A DNA stretch of 64,000 nt from Escherichia coli (lineage in GTDB: Bacteria > Pseudomonadota > Gammaproteobacteria > Enterobacterales > Enterobacteriaceae): NCBI RefSeq assembly GCF_022846255.1, contig NZ_AP025682.1; one strand, written 5' to 3'. Of the stretch, positions 28,246-41,007 are shown in pieces. The position numbers were made by a program, and so were the translations under genes. Positions within the stretch are counted from its first letter, which is position 1, and every line of letters starts with the position of its first letter. The notes beneath the pieces were generated by a model. It had not been told where the DNA came from and searched no databases. It saw only the letters and a list, made by a program, of their open reading frames with translations.

Positions 28246-29790
28246 TTACCCCTGTTGCTGCGTCGGTTGTTCACTCTGCATCGCGCTCGGACCCAGACGG
28301 GCATATTTCTGCATCAGGTAGACTTCGGCGATTAAGAACAGGGTGTAAAGCCCTACGATCATGATCAGTGAGAAAGCCAGTTGTCCTGTGGTTAAGGCGG
28401 AGTGCGCGGAGTATGTCGGTAAGATGTCTTGTATCGCCCACGGCTGACGACCAAACTCGGTCATAAACCATCCGGCTTCAATCGCAATCCACGGCAGCGG
28501 CAAACTCCAGAGCGCCATTTTCAGCACCCAGCGATGCTGGTCGATTTTGCCACGCAGCGTCTGGACAAGCGCAATCAGCATCACCAGTAGCAGCAGGGAA
28601 CCACAGCCCACCATGATGCGGAAACTCCAGAATACCGGCGCAACCTGAGGTATCGCGCCACGCATCGCCGCCTGGTACTGTGCGGCTGTGACATGATTCA
28701 TATCCGGCGCATAGCGGGAGAGCAACATGCCGTAACCCAGGTCACCTTCCAGCTCCCGGAATGCCTGCAACACATGCGGCTCACGATTGCCTTGCGATAT
28801 TTCCTGCATTAACAGCCACGCCATACGTCCGCGTTGCAAGCGTGGGTAGGTTTCAGCCATCAAATTCTTCAGACCCGGCACGGGTTTATCTAATGAATGA
28901 GTGGCGAGGATCCCTAGCAGCGCGGGAATTTTGATGGCAAAGGCGTTACGCTCTTGATCCTGTTCCGGCCAGGCAACCACATGGAACGGTGCAGGTGCAG
29001 GTTCCGTTTGCCACTCCCCTTCCATCGCCGCCAGTTTTACCGGTTGTACTTGCGCGACTTCATACGCAGAACTGTCTCCGAGTTGCAGCGTACCGATAAT
29101 CGCCAGAGTACCGAAGACGGAACCGATGGCAAACGAGCGTAATGCGACATCGCGCTCCCGTCCGCGCAGTAAATACCAGGCGCTGATCGCCATAATAAAC
29201 ATAGCCCCGGTCACGTATCCCGCCATTACGGTGTGCACAAATTTCACCTGGCTGACCGGGTTAAAGACCAACTCGCTGAAACTGGTCATCTCCATACGCA
29301 GGGTGTCGATATCAAAATGCGCACCGGTCGGGTATTGCATCCAACCGTTGGCATTCAATATCCACAACGCAGAGAGATTTGAACCGAACGCCACCAGCCA
29401 CGTCACCAGCAGGTGCTGGTATTTATTCAGCCGCTGCCAGCCGAAGAAGAACAGCCCGACAAAGGTGGATTCGAGGAAGAAGGCCATTAATGCTTCCATC
29501 GCCAGCGGTGCGCCAAAAATATCGCCCACATAGTTGGAATAGAATGACCAGTTAGTACCAAACTGAAACTCCATGGTCAGGCCGGTAGCCACGCCAAGAG
29601 CAAAGTTGATACCGAAGAGCTTACCCCAGAAGCGCGTCATATCGCGGTAGATTGTTTTGCCGGTGACCACGTAAATGGTTTCCATGATAGCCAGCAAAAA
29701 AATCAGCCCCAGGGTAAGGGGTACAAATAAAAAGTGATACAGCGCGGTCAGAGCAAACTGCCAGCGCGATAAATCAATGACATCCCACAT
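28246..29790 (-). CDS. appC: Cytochrome bd-II oxidase subunit I
   Basis: [29 protein letters not shown]... Confidence 0.95.
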   Translation of the reverse strand: MWDVIDLSRWQFALTALYHFLFVPLTLGLIFLLAIMETIYVVTGKTIYRDMTRFWGKLFGINFALGVATGLTMEFQFGTNWSFYSNYVGDIFGAPLAMEALMAFFLESTFVGLFFFGWQRLNKYQHLLVTWLVAFGSNLSALWILNANGWMQYPTGAHFDIDTLRMEMTSFSELVFNPVSQVKFVHTVMAGYVTGAMFIMAISAWYLLRGRERDVALRSFAIGSVFGTLAIIGTLQLGDSSAYEVAQVQPVKLAAMEGEWQTEPAPAPFHVVAWPEQDQERNAFAIKIPALLGILATHSLDKPVPGLKNLMAETYPRLQRGRMAWLLMQEISQGNREPHVLQAFRELEGDLGYGMLLSRYAPDMNHVTAAQYQAAMRGAIPQVAPVFWSFRIMVGCGSLLLLVMLIALVQTLRGKIDQHRWVLKMALWSLPLPWIAIEAGWFMTEFGRQPWAIQDILPTYSAHSALTTGQLAFSLIMIVGLYTLFLIAEVYLMQKYARLGPSAMQSEQPTQQQG

Positions 29791-29923
29791 GCGCACTCCT
29801 GTAGGCGAAGAGAGAAAAATAACCCGTTAATGGTAGATCTCCCTCTTTATCCTGAAACTCTACGACCAGAGGTATTCGCCGATTGCGATATTCATAAGCC
29901 TGAAAGCGATACTTACCGTCTTT

Positions 29924-30781
29924 TTACGTCGGTGCACCTTCCGCCAGCCACTGGCATACCTCGCTAAGCCGCTGCGCAGAGTCGACCAAATCTTCTGGCG
30001 CTGCCAGCACCACTTCCGGTATTGGGCAGATTTCATAACTTTCCAGTAACGGGCCTTTTAAGGTGTCCGTACAGCGTAAATGCCAGACATGGCGTAACCC
30101 CGTGGCGTTGATATAGCTCTCGCCATAGCCAATGGTACGAATCTGAATATTTCCCGGCCCACAGAGACGTGAGAGAAAAAGCCGGTCAGCTTCGCTGATG
30201 GGTAATTGCGTCAGATTAATGCTGTGCGGCTGCGCGTCGGGGTTACGTACATGTGCCAGTAATTCATGGGCCAACGGTAGGCCATTCATCAGGCCATCAA
30301 TGGGCGGCGGTAGCAACGAGTCTGTTGGCAAGACGTTTTGCGTTGCCGCCTGCCACAACGCCAGCGGTGCGCAGCCAGCCTCCAGTTTGTCTTCCAGCAA
30401 CTGTTCGCCGTGACGTCTGCGCACCCGCCATAATCCGCAGAAGATCGCCTCCTGAATTTCACTTTCACTGTCGTCAGCCTGCTGAATGCGCACTGACACT
30501 TCCCCTTCCCCGAGAAGCGTATTGATAAAGTGACGATCGTCGGCGTTGAGATTTAACAGATCGACTGCCAGCACCTCGCCCAACGGCGGTTGGCGTTCGC
30601 TTAGTTGATGTTGTAACTCGTTTAACAGCGCAATCACCTGCGGGCTGTGAGCACATTGCTCCAGGGCCGCCATACTCGGTTCACCATTCACCCGACAGGT
30701 GATCGGCAGTGGATTCATGCTGAAACTGTCATCGTTCGGTTGCGTTCCTGGCCCCAGCAGATGGAAAAAAGTTTCGCTCAT
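29924..30781 (-). CDS. hyaF: Hydrogenase-1 operon protein HyaF
   Basis: Internal Met [20 protein letters not shown]... Confidence 0.9.
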   Translation of the reverse strand: MSETFFHLLGPGTQPNDDSFSMNPLPITCRVNGEPSMAALEQCAHSPQVIALLNELQHQLSERQPPLGEVLAVDLLNLNADDRHFINTLLGEGEVSVRIQQADDSESEIQEAIFCGLWRVRRRHGEQLLEDKLEAGCAPLALWQAATQNVLPTDSLLPPPIDGLMNGLPLAHELLAHVRNPDAQPHSINLTQLPISEADRLFLSRLCGPGNIQIRTIGYGESYINATGLRHVWHLRCTDTLKGPLLESYEICPIPEVVLAAPEDLVDSAQRLSEVCQWLAEGAPT

Positions 30782-31176
30782 GAAGCACGCTCCTGTTGCG
30801 GTTCGACAAGCCCGCGCATCAGGTTTATCAGTTCCGCCCACGGGTGAATACCATTCAGCACGCCGCGATAGTTTCCGCCGGTAAACACTAATGTGGCGGG
30901 AAAGCGAAAGACGCCAAAGCGATCGCCGATGGCTTCGCTCTGCTCAAGATCAGCAATCGCTACCTGCCATGTATAGTCGGGAAATTCGCGCAGTAATTCG
31001 CCAATCATTACCGGGTTATCGCTGACTTCTGGCGTGCGTTTCGGGTCACTGCTTAATAACACCACGCCGTCTGGCGCTTGCGTAAGCCAGTCGTCAAGAC
31101 GGCATTCACTGACCGGCGTCCAGCCACGTGCCAGCATTCGTTGCCACAACGCATTAAATGGTGTGCCGTTGCTCAT
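30778..31176 (-). CDS. hyaE: Hydrogenase-1 chaperone HyaE
   Basis: 132 aa, hya operon position. Confidence 0.9.
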   Translation of the reverse strand: MSNGTPFNALWQRMLARGWTPVSECRLDDWLTQAPDGVVLLSSDPKRTPEVSDNPVMIGELLREFPDYTWQVAIADLEQSEAIGDRFGVFRFPATLVFTGGNYRGVLNGIHPWAELINLMRGLVEPQQERAS

Positions 31177-31760
31177 CCCTGTTCCTCCAGCCTCATCCTG
31201 TACTGACGCAAGCGAACGCCTTCGTAATTTTCCATCGACAGACAGTCATAATTGAGACAGCGCGATTCATTAGCCGGTTGCGGCACAATTCCCCACGCAG
31301 CCAGCTGCGCCAGCGCCGCCTGTTCCGCAGCGGGCAGTTGCTCCCGCGCCAGTTCGCTCAGGCTGCCGCCGTAGTCGTCGAGCATCGCGGGTTGCAGACC
31401 GACGAGGGCAATATGTGCTGGCAGATGTCCGCGGATATCTGCCAGCGCCAGCACTTCGGAGAAACTGTTCTGGTGCAGGCTCATTTTCTTCGCGCTGAGA
31501 TAAGCCGGAATGCGTTCTCCGGCATACGTTCGTAGCGTTCCGGGTTCCAGCCCGTAATCAATGGCATCGAGAATCAACAGATGACCGGCGCTTTCGACAT
31601 ACCCCAGCAAGTTCAGTCCTTGGGTGCCGCCATCGACAATCTCCACATCCTCGGGCCAGTGGTAATGGGCATACAGCCGTTCCGCCACCCGCACGCCGAA
31701 GCCTTCATCGGCCCACAGCAGGTTGCCCAGCCCCATTACCACCACGCGTTGCTCGCTCAT
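31173..31760 (-). CDS. hyaD: Hydrogenase-1 maturation protease HyaD
   Basis: 195 aa, [22 protein letters not shown]... Confidence 0.9.
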   Translation of the reverse strand: MSEQRVVVMGLGNLLWADEGFGVRVAERLYAHYHWPEDVEIVDGGTQGLNLLGYVESAGHLLILDAIDYGLEPGTLRTYAGERIPAYLSAKKMSLHQNSFSEVLALADIRGHLPAHIALVGLQPAMLDDYGGSLSELAREQLPAAEQAALAQLAAWGIVPQPANESRCLNYDCLSMENYEGVRLRQYRMRLEEQG

Positions 31761-32464
31761 GAACGCTCCTTGTTACTTATTTTGCCAAATTTGTGGCTAC
31801 GGTAGCCGTTGACCATAGTGGAGATCACCGTGTCGTCGGACATGATGTCTTCACGCAGCGCCATGTAGACATGACCGATCACAAACGCGCCAATCAGCCA
31901 CATCCCCAGCCGATGCCAGCTGTGAATGTCCATTGAGTTGCCGCCCGTCCAGTAGAAAAATTCCACCACATAACGGAACGGCGCAAAAATAGCGTACTGG
32001 CTGTGTTCGCTGTACAGCGCAAAGCCGGTGATGATCATAAAAACTGACATCAGGAAATAGCCGAACATCGCCGCCTGGGCGATGGGGTTATGGCCTATAT
32101 CGGCACTCGGACGTTTTGCCAGAAACAGATACCAGCGGATTTCATACCACACGCCCTGCCACCAGCTTTTACGCCATACCGGCACGATAAACAGCTCGCG
32201 GGAGTAATGATTGCCAACAAAAGCCCAGTAGATCCGCATCAGCAAGACCACGGTAAAAATCATCCCGGCGCTGAAGTGAATTAACCTGATGTAGCCCATA
32301 TAGAACAGATACGTCGCCTCGCCGCTGACGGAAGGTAGCGGCTTGCCGATAAAGTAACCGGTGACCATCAACACCGCCATGCATAACACTGTCAGCCAGT
32401 GCCATATCCGCACGGGTGCTTCAAAGACATAGTGACTGACAACGTTGTCGCTTTTCTGTTGCAT
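31757..32464 (-). CDS. hyaC: Hydrogenase-1 cytochrome b subunit HyaC
   Basis: 235 aa polytopic. Confidence 0.95.
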   Translation of the reverse strand: MQQKSDNVVSHYVFEAPVRIWHWLTVLCMAVLMVTGYFIGKPLPSVSGEATYLFYMGYIRLIHFSAGMIFTVVLLMRIYWAFVGNHYSRELFIVPVWRKSWWQGVWYEIRWYLFLAKRPSADIGHNPIAQAAMFGYFLMSVFMIITGFALYSEHSQYAIFAPFRYVVEFFYWTGGNSMDIHSWHRLGMWLIGAFVIGHVYMALREDIMSDDTVISTMVNGYRSHKFGKISNKERS

Positions 32465-32482
32465 GATGATTCTCCTTCGCTG

Positions 32483-34276
32483 TTAACGCACCTGCACGGA
32501 GATAAGCTCGCTACCGTCATCGCCCAGCACGTGTGTTGAACAGGCGAGGCACGGATCAAAGCTGTGCAGAGTACGCAGGATCTCCAGCGGTTGCTCGGGG
32601 ATCGCCATTTTGGTGTTCATCAGCGCCGCTTCATAAGCGCCAATCTGCCCTTTGGGATCGCGCGGGCTGGCGTTCCAGGTGGTCGGCACCACGCACTGGT
32701 AGAGATCAATCTTGCCATCGCGAATGGCAGCCCAGTGGCCTAACGCCCCGCGCGGCGCTTCGGTAAAACCGACACCACGGCACTCTGTCGGCCAGGTTGC
32801 TGGTTCCCATTTTTCCGTGGAAGCGGTGGCAAGATTGCCGTTTTTCAGGTTGGTCATCAGTTTATCGAAGAAATACTGCAACTTACCTGCGGCCCACTGC
32901 GCTTCGTGCGCGCGACACAAAATGCGGCCCAACGTTGACTGGATGCCGGAAAGCGGCAGTTTCAACGCCGACATCATGCGATCGACCGACTCAACGGTCG
33001 CAGCATCGCCTTTGTGATAAGCGATTAACGTGCGTGCCAGCGGCCCCACTTCCATCGCATTACCGCGCCAACGTGGCGCTTTGATCCACGAGTAGCGTTC
33101 CTGTTCATTCAGCTGCTGAATGTTGGTATCGCTGCCTTTGACATCGCCGGGGTTGTACCACGGGTCGGTAATGCCATCGAACGGATGACGCCCAACCTGA
33201 TCGTTGGGATAACGATACCAGGCATGGTCAACAAACTCCTGCACCTGCTGCGGATCAACTAAATCCACTGGCAGCACATTTTTGAAGTCGCCGTTAATCA
33301 CCGCGCCGCCAGGCATCAGCAGACTTTTCTCGCCAAAGTCGTTGGCAATATCCGGGAATGCGCCGTAGCTGAGAACGCATTTATCCGAAAGGCCAGTGCC
33401 GATTTCGCTCCACGGCTTGTTGAACTGACCGATGGCTAAGGCGTCGGGGATCATCACGTTGTTAATGAAATCCGCCGTACGGGTAATGATTGACTGCACC
33501 AGGTTCAGGCGTTCCATATTGACCGCCCCGACCGCGCCGCTTTCGTCAATGTTAATGGCACAAGGCATCCCGCCGACAATCCAGTTTGGATGCGGGTTTT
33601 TACCGCCAAAGACCGCGTGGATTTTGACAATTTCACGTTGGAAATCGAGAGCTTCAAGATAGTGGGCAAAGCCCATCAGGTTGGCTTCTGGCGGCAGTTT
33701 GTACTGCGGGTGCCCCCAGTAGCCATTGCGGAAGATCCCCAACTGCCCACCTTCAACGAATTTCTTCAGGCGGTTTTGTACGTCGAAGAAATAGCCAGGG
33801 GATGATTTCGGCCAAGAGGAGAGACTTTGCGCCAGTTCGGAGGTTTTCCGCGGATCGGCTTTCAGCGCATCTAACACATCGATCCAGTCCATCCCGGCAA
33901 GCTGATAGAAGTGCACCAGATGATCGTGGCACCAGAGCGTTGCCAGCATAATGTTGCGGATGATATTAGCGTTGTCCGGCACTTTAATACCGATGGCATC
34001 TTCGATGGCGTAAACCGAAGCCAGAGCGTGTACGCCAGTACAGACGCCGCAGATACGTTCAACGAACGCCCACGCATCGCGCGGGTCGCGCCCTTGCAGG
34101 ATGATCTCCAGCCCGCGAAACATGGTGCCGCAGGAGACGGCATTGGTGATCACATTCTGATCGTTAATATTCACTTCGCAGCGCATGTGGCCTTCAATGC
34201 GCGTAATCGGGTCGACCACCAGGCGGCGTCCGGCATTATTGATGGTGTATCCCTGAGTTTCGTACTGAGTGCTCAT
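32483..34276 (-). CDS. hyaB: Hydrogenase-1 large subunit HyaB
   Basis: 597 aa, RIEGH and C-terminal DPCxxC NiFe motifs. Confidence 0.95.
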   Translation of the reverse strand: MSTQYETQGYTINNAGRRLVVDPITRIEGHMRCEVNINDQNVITNAVSCGTMFRGLEIILQGRDPRDAWAFVERICGVCTGVHALASVYAIEDAIGIKVPDNANIIRNIMLATLWCHDHLVHFYQLAGMDWIDVLDALKADPRKTSELAQSLSSWPKSSPGYFFDVQNRLKKFVEGGQLGIFRNGYWGHPQYKLPPEANLMGFAHYLEALDFQREIVKIHAVFGGKNPHPNWIVGGMPCAINIDESGAVGAVNMERLNLVQSIITRTADFINNVMIPDALAIGQFNKPWSEIGTGLSDKCVLSYGAFPDIANDFGEKSLLMPGGAVINGDFKNVLPVDLVDPQQVQEFVDHAWYRYPNDQVGRHPFDGITDPWYNPGDVKGSDTNIQQLNEQERYSWIKAPRWRGNAMEVGPLARTLIAYHKGDAATVESVDRMMSALKLPLSGIQSTLGRILCRAHEAQWAAGKLQYFFDKLMTNLKNGNLATASTEKWEPATWPTECRGVGFTEAPRGALGHWAAIRDGKIDLYQCVVPTTWNASPRDPKGQIGAYEAALMNTKMAIPEQPLEILRTLHSFDPCLACSTHVLGDDGSELISVQVR

Positions 34277-35391
34277 GCCTGTTTATCCTCATTGCCTGGC
34301 TGATGTTCGGTTTCTGTAGGTTGCTGGTTATGGCGTCTGCGCTGGTCAACGGCGCTGGCGACTGCGTGCACACCAACAGCCGCTGCCACCACGCCAAGTG
34401 CGGTTAAACCGACGGTATCGGCGGTGGAATGGGTACCCATTTGCGGAATATCGACCACGCGGCTGTAGAACGAACCGCGATCCCAGAAACCATTTTCCGC
34501 ACAACCCAGGCAGCCGTGACCTGACTGGATCGGGAAGGAAACGCCATCGTTCCAGCGTGTGGAGGAACAGGCGTTATAGGTGGTAGGCCCTTTGCAGCCC
34601 ATTTTGTACAGGCAGTAACCTTTGCGAGCAGCGTCATCATCCCAACTCTGGACGAACTCTCCGGCGTCGAAGTGAGCGCGGCGATAGCATTTATCGTGGA
34701 TACGCTGACCATAGAACATCAACGGACGGCCCATTCTGTCGACATCTGGCAAGCGATCAAAGGTCACCATGTAAGTAATGATGGCGCTCATCACATCCGG
34801 GATCGGCGGGCAGCCAGGTACTTTGATAATAGGTTTGTCGGTGATGACTTTGTCGATAGGCGTTGCCTGCGTCGGATTGGGTCGCGCGGCCTGCACGCAG
34901 CCCCAGGACGCGCAGGTTCCCCAGGCGATAATCGCACTGGCTCCGGCAGCGGCACGTTTGAGTTTCTCAATAAACGGTCGTCCGCTGCTGATACAGAACA
35001 TCCCCTGCTCGCCCAGCGGCGGATTACCTTCTACTGCGAGGATATATTTGCCATTGTATTGCGTGATGATGTCTTCAAAGACTTCTTCCGCCTGGGTTCC
35101 GGCGGCAGCCATCAAAGTATCGTCATAATCGAGGGAAATCAGGGAAAGGATGACGTCCTTCGCCAGTGGGTGAGCGGAGCGGATAAAAGATTCGGTACAG
35201 CAGGTGCATTCCAGACCGTGGATCCATACCACCGGAATGCGCGGTTTGTTCTCCAGCGCCCAGGCAATCTTTGGTGCCATTCCCGCGCCTAATCCCAGCG
35301 ACGTGGCAGCCAGACTACAATATTTGAGAAAGCTGCGCCGGGTAACGCCCTGACGCCGCATGGCCTGGTAAAATGTTTCCTCGTTATTCAT
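34273..35391 (-). CDS. hyaA: Hydrogenase-1 small subunit HyaA
   Basis: Tat signal RRSFLK; internal Met [24 protein letters not shown]... Confidence 0.95.
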   Translation of the reverse strand: MNNEETFYQAMRRQGVTRRSFLKYCSLAATSLGLGAGMAPKIAWALENKPRIPVVWIHGLECTCCTESFIRSAHPLAKDVILSLISLDYDDTLMAAAGTQAEEVFEDIITQYNGKYILAVEGNPPLGEQGMFCISSGRPFIEKLKRAAAGASAIIAWGTCASWGCVQAARPNPTQATPIDKVITDKPIIKVPGCPPIPDVMSAIITYMVTFDRLPDVDRMGRPLMFYGQRIHDKCYRRAHFDAGEFVQSWDDDAARKGYCLYKMGCKGPTTYNACSSTRWNDGVSFPIQSGHGCLGCAENGFWDRGSFYSRVVDIPQMGTHSTADTVGLTALGVVAAAVGVHAVASAVDQRRRHNQQPTETEHQPGNEDKQA

Positions 35392-35807
35392 ATCGCACGT
35401 CTCTTCTCCTTGCGACACCGGCAGGACACCGGGCGCTTATGGTCGGCAAGCGACGTCCCTGTAGCAAGGCAAACCATCGCTTCACGTGAGATGCTGAAAA
35501 CGAAAGCTCATCCTTCTGCACTGGCGCACGTCGCCAGAAAGTAATGTTAATAAAGCGTAGTGAAACTTTTGCACAAAACAATACAAACTGTGTGGATTTA
35601 TCTTTTAGCGATAAAAATGGACCTATTTTTCTTTTTGCCGGGCAGTGGGGATGTTTAGCCGGTTGCTAAACGAGTAAAAGAGAAGGAATTCATGGTGATG
35701 AAATGATCAATCTGCTGTTATTTCACGCTATCAATGCACTTTTGACTGTTTTTCAGGCAAACAAACAAATTAGGGGTTTACACGCCGCATCGGGATGTTT
35801 ATAGTGC

Positions 35808-35895
35808 GCGTCATTCCGGAAGTGTGGCCGAGCGGTTGAAGGCACCGGTCTTGAAAACCGGCGACCCGAAAGGGTTCCAGAGTTCGAATCTCTGC
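35808..35895 (+). tRNA. serT: tRNA-Ser (anticodon TGA)
   Basis: GGAAGTGTGGCCGAGCGGTTGAAGGCACCGGTCTTGAAAACCGGCGACCCGAAAGGGTTCCAGAGTTCGAATCTCTGCGCTTCCGCCA, long variable arm. Confidence 0.95.
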
Positions 35896-36113
35896 GCTTC
35901 CGCCAAATAAGATAAGGGGTTAGCTAAATGCTAACCCCTTTTTCTTTTGCCTGTCGAAATTCTCAGGGCGTTATATCACTGCCTAATGACCTGAGACTCC
36001 GCTGTGAAACTTGTTTCAGATCAAATGCGTAAAGATGGGTAAAACTTCTGTGTACCTTCCCACATTATCATTATGCTGCTTCATTAATAACATCTGTCAT
36101 AGAGAGTGACTCA

Positions 36114-36773
36114 ATGGATCGTATAGTTAGTTCTTCACATGACCGTACATCGTTGCTTAGCACCCATAAGGTGCTGCGTAATACCTATTTTCTGCTGAGC
36201 CTGACGCTGGCCTTTTCGGCGATTACCGCAACTGCCAGTACGGTGCTGATGCTGCCATCTCCGGGTCTGATTCTGACGCTGGTGGGTATGTATGGTTTGA
36301 TGTTCCTGACCTATAAAACGGCGAATAAGCCGACCGGGATTATCTCCGCATTCGCCTTTACCGGTTTTCTGGGTTATATCCTCGGACCAATTCTGAATAC
36401 CTATCTGTCTGCCGGAATGGGTGACGTAATCGCTATGGCACTGGGCGGAACGGCGTTAGTGTTCTTCTGCTGCTCCGCATATGTGCTGACCACCCGCAAA
36501 GATATGTCGTTCCTCGGCGGTATGCTGATGGCGGGTATTGTGGTGGTGCTGATTGGTATGGTTGCTAATATCTTCCTGCAACTGCCTGCTCTGCATCTGG
36601 CGATCAGCGCGGTCTTCATTCTGATCTCCTCTGGCGCTATTTTGTTTGAAACCAGCAACATCATTCATGGCGGTGAAACGAACTATATTCGTGCCACGGT
36701 TAGCCTGTATGTTTCGCTGTACAACATCTTCGTCAGCCTGCTGAGCATTCTGGGCTTCGCCAGCCGCGATTAA
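36114..36773 (+). CDS. yccA: YccA (Bax-inhibitor family, FtsH modulator)
   Basis: 219 aa polytopic. Confidence 0.95.
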   Translation: MDRIVSSSHDRTSLLSTHKVLRNTYFLLSLTLAFSAITATASTVLMLPSPGLILTLVGMYGLMFLTYKTANKPTGIISAFAFTGFLGYILGPILNTYLSAGMGDVIAMALGGTALVFFCCSAYVLTTRKDMSFLGGMLMAGIVVVLIGMVANIFLQLPALHLAISAVFILISSGAILFETSNIIHGGETNYIRATVSLYVSLYNIFVSLLSILGFASRD

Positions 36774-36864
36774 TCTCGCCCAGGGTTACTTACCGAGCCT
36801 CGCTTTATGCGGGGCTTTGTTTTTTGTTACACTGCCGCCAGTCTGATTAAGGTAGTAAAGAATT

Positions 36865-37194
36865 ATGCTGATCTTCGAAGGTAAAGAGATAGAAACGGAT
36901 ACCGAAGGCTATCTCAAAGAAAGCAGCCAGTGGAGTGAACCACTGGCGGTGGTGATTGCAGAGAACGAAGGGATTGCGCTGTCGCCAGAACACTGGGAAG
37001 TGGTGCGTTTTGTGCGTGATTTCTATCTGGAATTCAATACTTCTCCGGCGATTCGTATGCTGGTAAAAGCGATGGCGAATAAATTTGGCGAAGAAAAAGG
37101 TAACAGCCGCTATCTGTACCGACTGTTCCCGAAAGGTCCGGCAAAGCAAGCCACCAAAATTGCTGGCCTGCCTAAACCGGTAAAATGCATTTAA
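36865..37194 (+). CDS. tusE: Sulfurtransferase TusE
   Basis: 109 aa, [23 protein letters not shown]... Confidence 0.9.
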   Translation: MLIFEGKEIETDTEGYLKESSQWSEPLAVVIAENEGIALSPEHWEVVRFVRDFYLEFNTSPAIRMLVKAMANKFGEEKGNSRYLYRLFPKGPAKQATKIAGLPKPVKCI

Positions 37195-37469
37195 CGGATA
37201 CGAAAATCCGTTAACTCCCCGGAGGGATGATGCGGCTCGCTAAGCACCCGTTCCACACGCGCTGAACGCGGGCCGCCACTTTTTAACCACTGTATTAATT
37301 TTTCCACCTGCCCTTCGTCACCGCAGGCAACCACTTCCACGCTGCCATCGTCAAGATTTTTGGCGTACCCGGTTAGTCCCAGTTTTTTCGCTTCGTACTG
37401 CGTGGTGTAGCGGAATCCTACGCCCTGAACTCGCCCGTAAACCCAGGCAATTATGCAGACTTTCGACAT
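37191..37469 (-). CDS. yccX: Acylphosphatase
   Basis: Internal Met [38 protein letters not shown]... Confidence 0.85.
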   Translation of the reverse strand: MSKVCIIAWVYGRVQGVGFRYTTQYEAKKLGLTGYAKNLDDGSVEVVACGDEGQVEKLIQWLKSGGPRSARVERVLSEPHHPSGELTDFRIR

Positions 37470-37563
37470 TGCTGCTCTCCTTATCCTTAATGGACGCGTT
37501 GCAAATCCATGGAAAACTCCGGACAATGACGCCCATTTCTTTGCATCGACAGAAAAGTAAATT

Positions 37564-38754
37564 ATGAGTGTACGTTTAGTGTTAGCCAAAGGGCGCGAAA
37601 AATCATTACTTCGTCGCCATCCGTGGGTCTTTTCCGGGGCCGTTGCCCGCATGGAAGGTAAAGCCAGCCTCGGTGAAACCATCGATATTGTTGATCATCA
37701 GGGAAAATGGTTAGCACGCGGCGCTTATTCGCCAGCTTCGCAAATCCGGGCGCGAGTCTGGACGTTTGACCCGTCTGAGTCTATCGACATTGCTTTTTTT
37801 ACCCGCCGTTTGCAGCAAGCACAAAAATGGCGTGACTGGCTGGCGCAAAAAGATGGCCTCGACAGCTATCGTTTAATCGCCGGAGAATCTGATGGCCTGC
37901 CGGGTATTACTATCGATCGTTTCGGTAATTTTCTGGTGCTGCAACTGCTGAGTGCTGGCGCAGAGTATCAGCGCGCGGCATTAATTAGCGCCCTGCAAAC
38001 GCTGTACCCGGAATGTGCCATTTACGATCGCAGCGACGTCGCGGTACGTAAAAAAGAAGGGATGGAGCTGACTCAGGGCCCCATCACCGGCGAGTTGCCG
38101 CCTGCCCTGCTGCCGATTGAAGAACACGGCATGAAACTGCTGGTGGATATTCAGCACGGACACAAAACGGGCTACTACCTGGACCAGCGTGACAGCCGCC
38201 TGGCTACCCGCCGCTACGTCGAAAATAAACGCGTACTTAACTGTTTCTCCTATACCGGTGGTTTCGCCGTATCGGCATTGATGGGCGGTTGCAGCCAGGT
38301 TGTCAGCGTTGATACCTCCCACGAAGCGCTGGATATTGCACGGCAGAACGTTGAGCTGAACAAACTGGATCTGAGCAAGGCAGAGTTTGTCCGTGATGAT
38401 GTCTTTAAATTGCTGCGTACTTATCGCGATCGCGGTGAAAAATTTGATGTTATCGTGATGGACCCGCCGAAGTTTGTTGAGAATAAAAGCCAGTTGATGG
38501 GCGCGTGTCGTGGTTATAAAGACATCAACATGCTGGCGATTCAGTTGCTGAATGAAGGCGGTATTCTCCTGACTTTCTCCTGTTCCGGTCTGATGACCAG
38601 CGATTTATTTCAGAAAATCATCGCGGATGCCGCAATTGATGCCGGTCGTGATGTACAATTTATAGAGCAGTTCCGTCAGGCAGCCGATCATCCGGTGATC
38701 GCTACCTACCCGGAAGGGCTATATCTGAAAGGGTTTGCCTGTCGCGTCATGTAA
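37564..38754 (+). CDS. rlmI: 23S rRNA m5C1962 methyltransferase RlmI
   Basis: 396 aa. Confidence 0.9.
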   Translation: MSVRLVLAKGREKSLLRRHPWVFSGAVARMEGKASLGETIDIVDHQGKWLARGAYSPASQIRARVWTFDPSESIDIAFFTRRLQQAQKWRDWLAQKDGLDSYRLIAGESDGLPGITIDRFGNFLVLQLLSAGAEYQRAALISALQTLYPECAIYDRSDVAVRKKEGMELTQGPITGELPPALLPIEEHGMKLLVDIQHGHKTGYYLDQRDSRLATRRYVENKRVLNCFSYTGGFAVSALMGGCSQVVSVDTSHEALDIARQNVELNKLDLSKAEFVRDDVFKLLRTYRDRGEKFDVIVMDPPKFVENKSQLMGACRGYKDINMLAIQLLNEGGILLTFSCSGLMTSDLFQKIIADAAIDAGRDVQFIEQFRQAADHPVIATYPEGLYLKGFACRVM

Positions 38755-39129
<375 letters not shown>

Positions 39130-39173
39130 TCCCTGAACAAATCCCCGGAAGGTTTTTGCCTTCCGGGGATTTT

Positions 39174-39587
39174 TTATTTGGCCAGGCCCAGGCGAGGGAT
39201 CTCAATAGCCGGGCAGCGATCCATCACTACATTTAATCCGGCATCCCGAGCCAGTACTGCCGCTTGCTCATTAATCACCCCCAGTTGCATCCAGAGGGTT
39301 TTCGCGCCGATGGCGATCGCTTCCTGCGCTACGCCCCACGCCGCTTCTGAATTCCGGAAAACATCGACCATATCGACTTTTTCAGGAACTTCTGCCAGCG
39401 TGCCATACCCCTGCTGGCCCAGCAGTGTTTTGCCAGCAACTTTTGGCGAAACCGGAATGACGTGATACCCCTGGTCGAGTAGATATTTCATCACGCGATA
39501 GCTGGGACGATCGGGTTTGTCGCTTGCCCCCACCAGCGCAATGGTGTGAGTGGACGTTAAAATGCCTGCAATATCGGTTTCTTTCAT
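39174..39587 (-). CDS. yccU: CoA-binding protein YccU
   Basis: Internal Met [30 protein letters not shown]... Confidence 0.85.
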   Translation of the reverse strand: MKETDIAGILTSTHTIALVGASDKPDRPSYRVMKYLLDQGYHVIPVSPKVAGKTLLGQQGYGTLAEVPEKVDMVDVFRNSEAAWGVAQEAIAIGAKTLWMQLGVINEQAAVLARDAGLNVVMDRCPAIEIPRLGLAK

Positions 39588-39759
39588 TATTTCCTCCAGA
39601 CTGTTTAACAAAGTGTACGACAAAGCCGACATGCCAACCATGCAGCTAATACGAATGAATGAGAGCAAAAGCGGGAAATATGTCTATATGTTAGTAAGTA
39701 TGATTAAAGAAAAATTTTGACACATTATTATTCGGGCGGTCTTTTGACAGGAGCTACCT

Positions 39760-40422
39760 ATGAAAACCGGCATCGTGACCACCTTGATTGCATTATGTTT
39801 GCCGGTATCCGTTTTTGCCACCACGCTGCGGCTTTCAACCGATGTCGATCTTCTGGTACTCGACGGCAAGAAGGTTTCCAGCTCTCTGCTGCGCGGTGCG
39901 GACAGCATTGAACTGGATAACGGACCGCATCAGTTAGTGTTTCGCGTTGAGAAGACGATTCATCTTTCCAATAGTGAAGAACGGCTGTATATCTCCCCAC
40001 CGCTGGTGGTCAGTTTTAATACCCAGCTCATCAACCAGGTCAATTTTCGCCTGCCTCGTCTGGAGAATGAGCGGGAAGCTAACCATTTTGATGCCGCGCC
40101 GCGCCTTGAATTGTTGGATGGCGATGCGACGCCGATTCCGGTAAAGCTGGATATTCTCTCCATTACCTCAACGGCAAAAACGATTGATTATGAGGTCGAG
40201 GTTGAACGCTATAACAAATCCGCGAAACGCGCTTCACTACCGCAATTTGCCACGATGATGGCAGATGACAGTACGCTGCTTTCGGGTGTTTCCGAGCTGG
40301 ATGCTATTCCACCGCAGTCTCAGGTGCTCACAGAACAACGGCTGAAGTATTGGTTTAAACTGGCTGACCCACAAACGCGAAATACTTTTCTGCAATGGGC
40401 GGAAAAACAACCATCTTCCTGA
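39760..40422 (+). CDS. yccT: YccT (DUF2057, secreted)
   Basis: 220 aa with signal peptide. Confidence 0.85.
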   Translation: MKTGIVTTLIALCLPVSVFATTLRLSTDVDLLVLDGKKVSSSLLRGADSIELDNGPHQLVFRVEKTIHLSNSEERLYISPPLVVSFNTQLINQVNFRLPRLENEREANHFDAAPRLELLDGDATPIPVKLDILSITSTAKTIDYEVEVERYNKSAKRASLPQFATMMADDSTLLSGVSELDAIPPQSQVLTEQRLKYWFKLADPQTRNTFLQWAEKQPSS

Positions 40423-40517
40423 GATTTTTGTGCCTGTGCGCAGGCTTTTTCGGTCTTTCTCTTGCAGCGATAAGTGCTTACAGTAATCTGTAGGAAAGTT
40501 AACTACGGATGTACATT

Positions 40518-40976
40518 ATGGAACTGACGACACGCACTTTACCTGCGCGGAAACATATTGCGCTGGTGGCACACGATCACTGCAAACAAATGCTGATGAG
40601 CTGGGTGGAACGACATCAACCGTTACTGGAACAACACGTACTGTATGCAACAGGCACTACCGGTAACTTGATTTCTCGTGCAACCGGCATGAACGTCAAC
40701 GCGATGTTGAGTGGCCCAATGGGGGGTGACCAGCAGGTTGGCGCATTGATCTCAGAAGGGAAAATTGATGTATTGATTTTCTTCTGGGACCCACTAAACG
40801 CCGTGCCGCACGACCCTGACGTGAAAGCCTTGCTGCGTCTGGCGACGGTATGGAACATTCCGGTTGCCACCAACGTGGCAACGGCAGACTTCATTATCCA
40901 GTCGCCGCATTTCAACGACGCGGTCGATATTCTGATCCCCGATTATCAGCGTTATCTCGCGGACCGTCTGAAGTAA
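40518..40976 (+). CDS. mgsA: Methylglyoxal synthase
   Basis: [34 protein letters not shown]... Confidence 0.95.
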
Positions 40977-41007
40977 TATTGCACAGGTGGCAAACGCCAC
41001 CTGTTTC

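Noticed and set aside
27100-35400. Many 60-130 aa ORFs on both strands inside the app and hya genes
   Set aside because: All lie inside or antisense to long conserved genes in high-GC coding sequence. Typical spurious ORFs.
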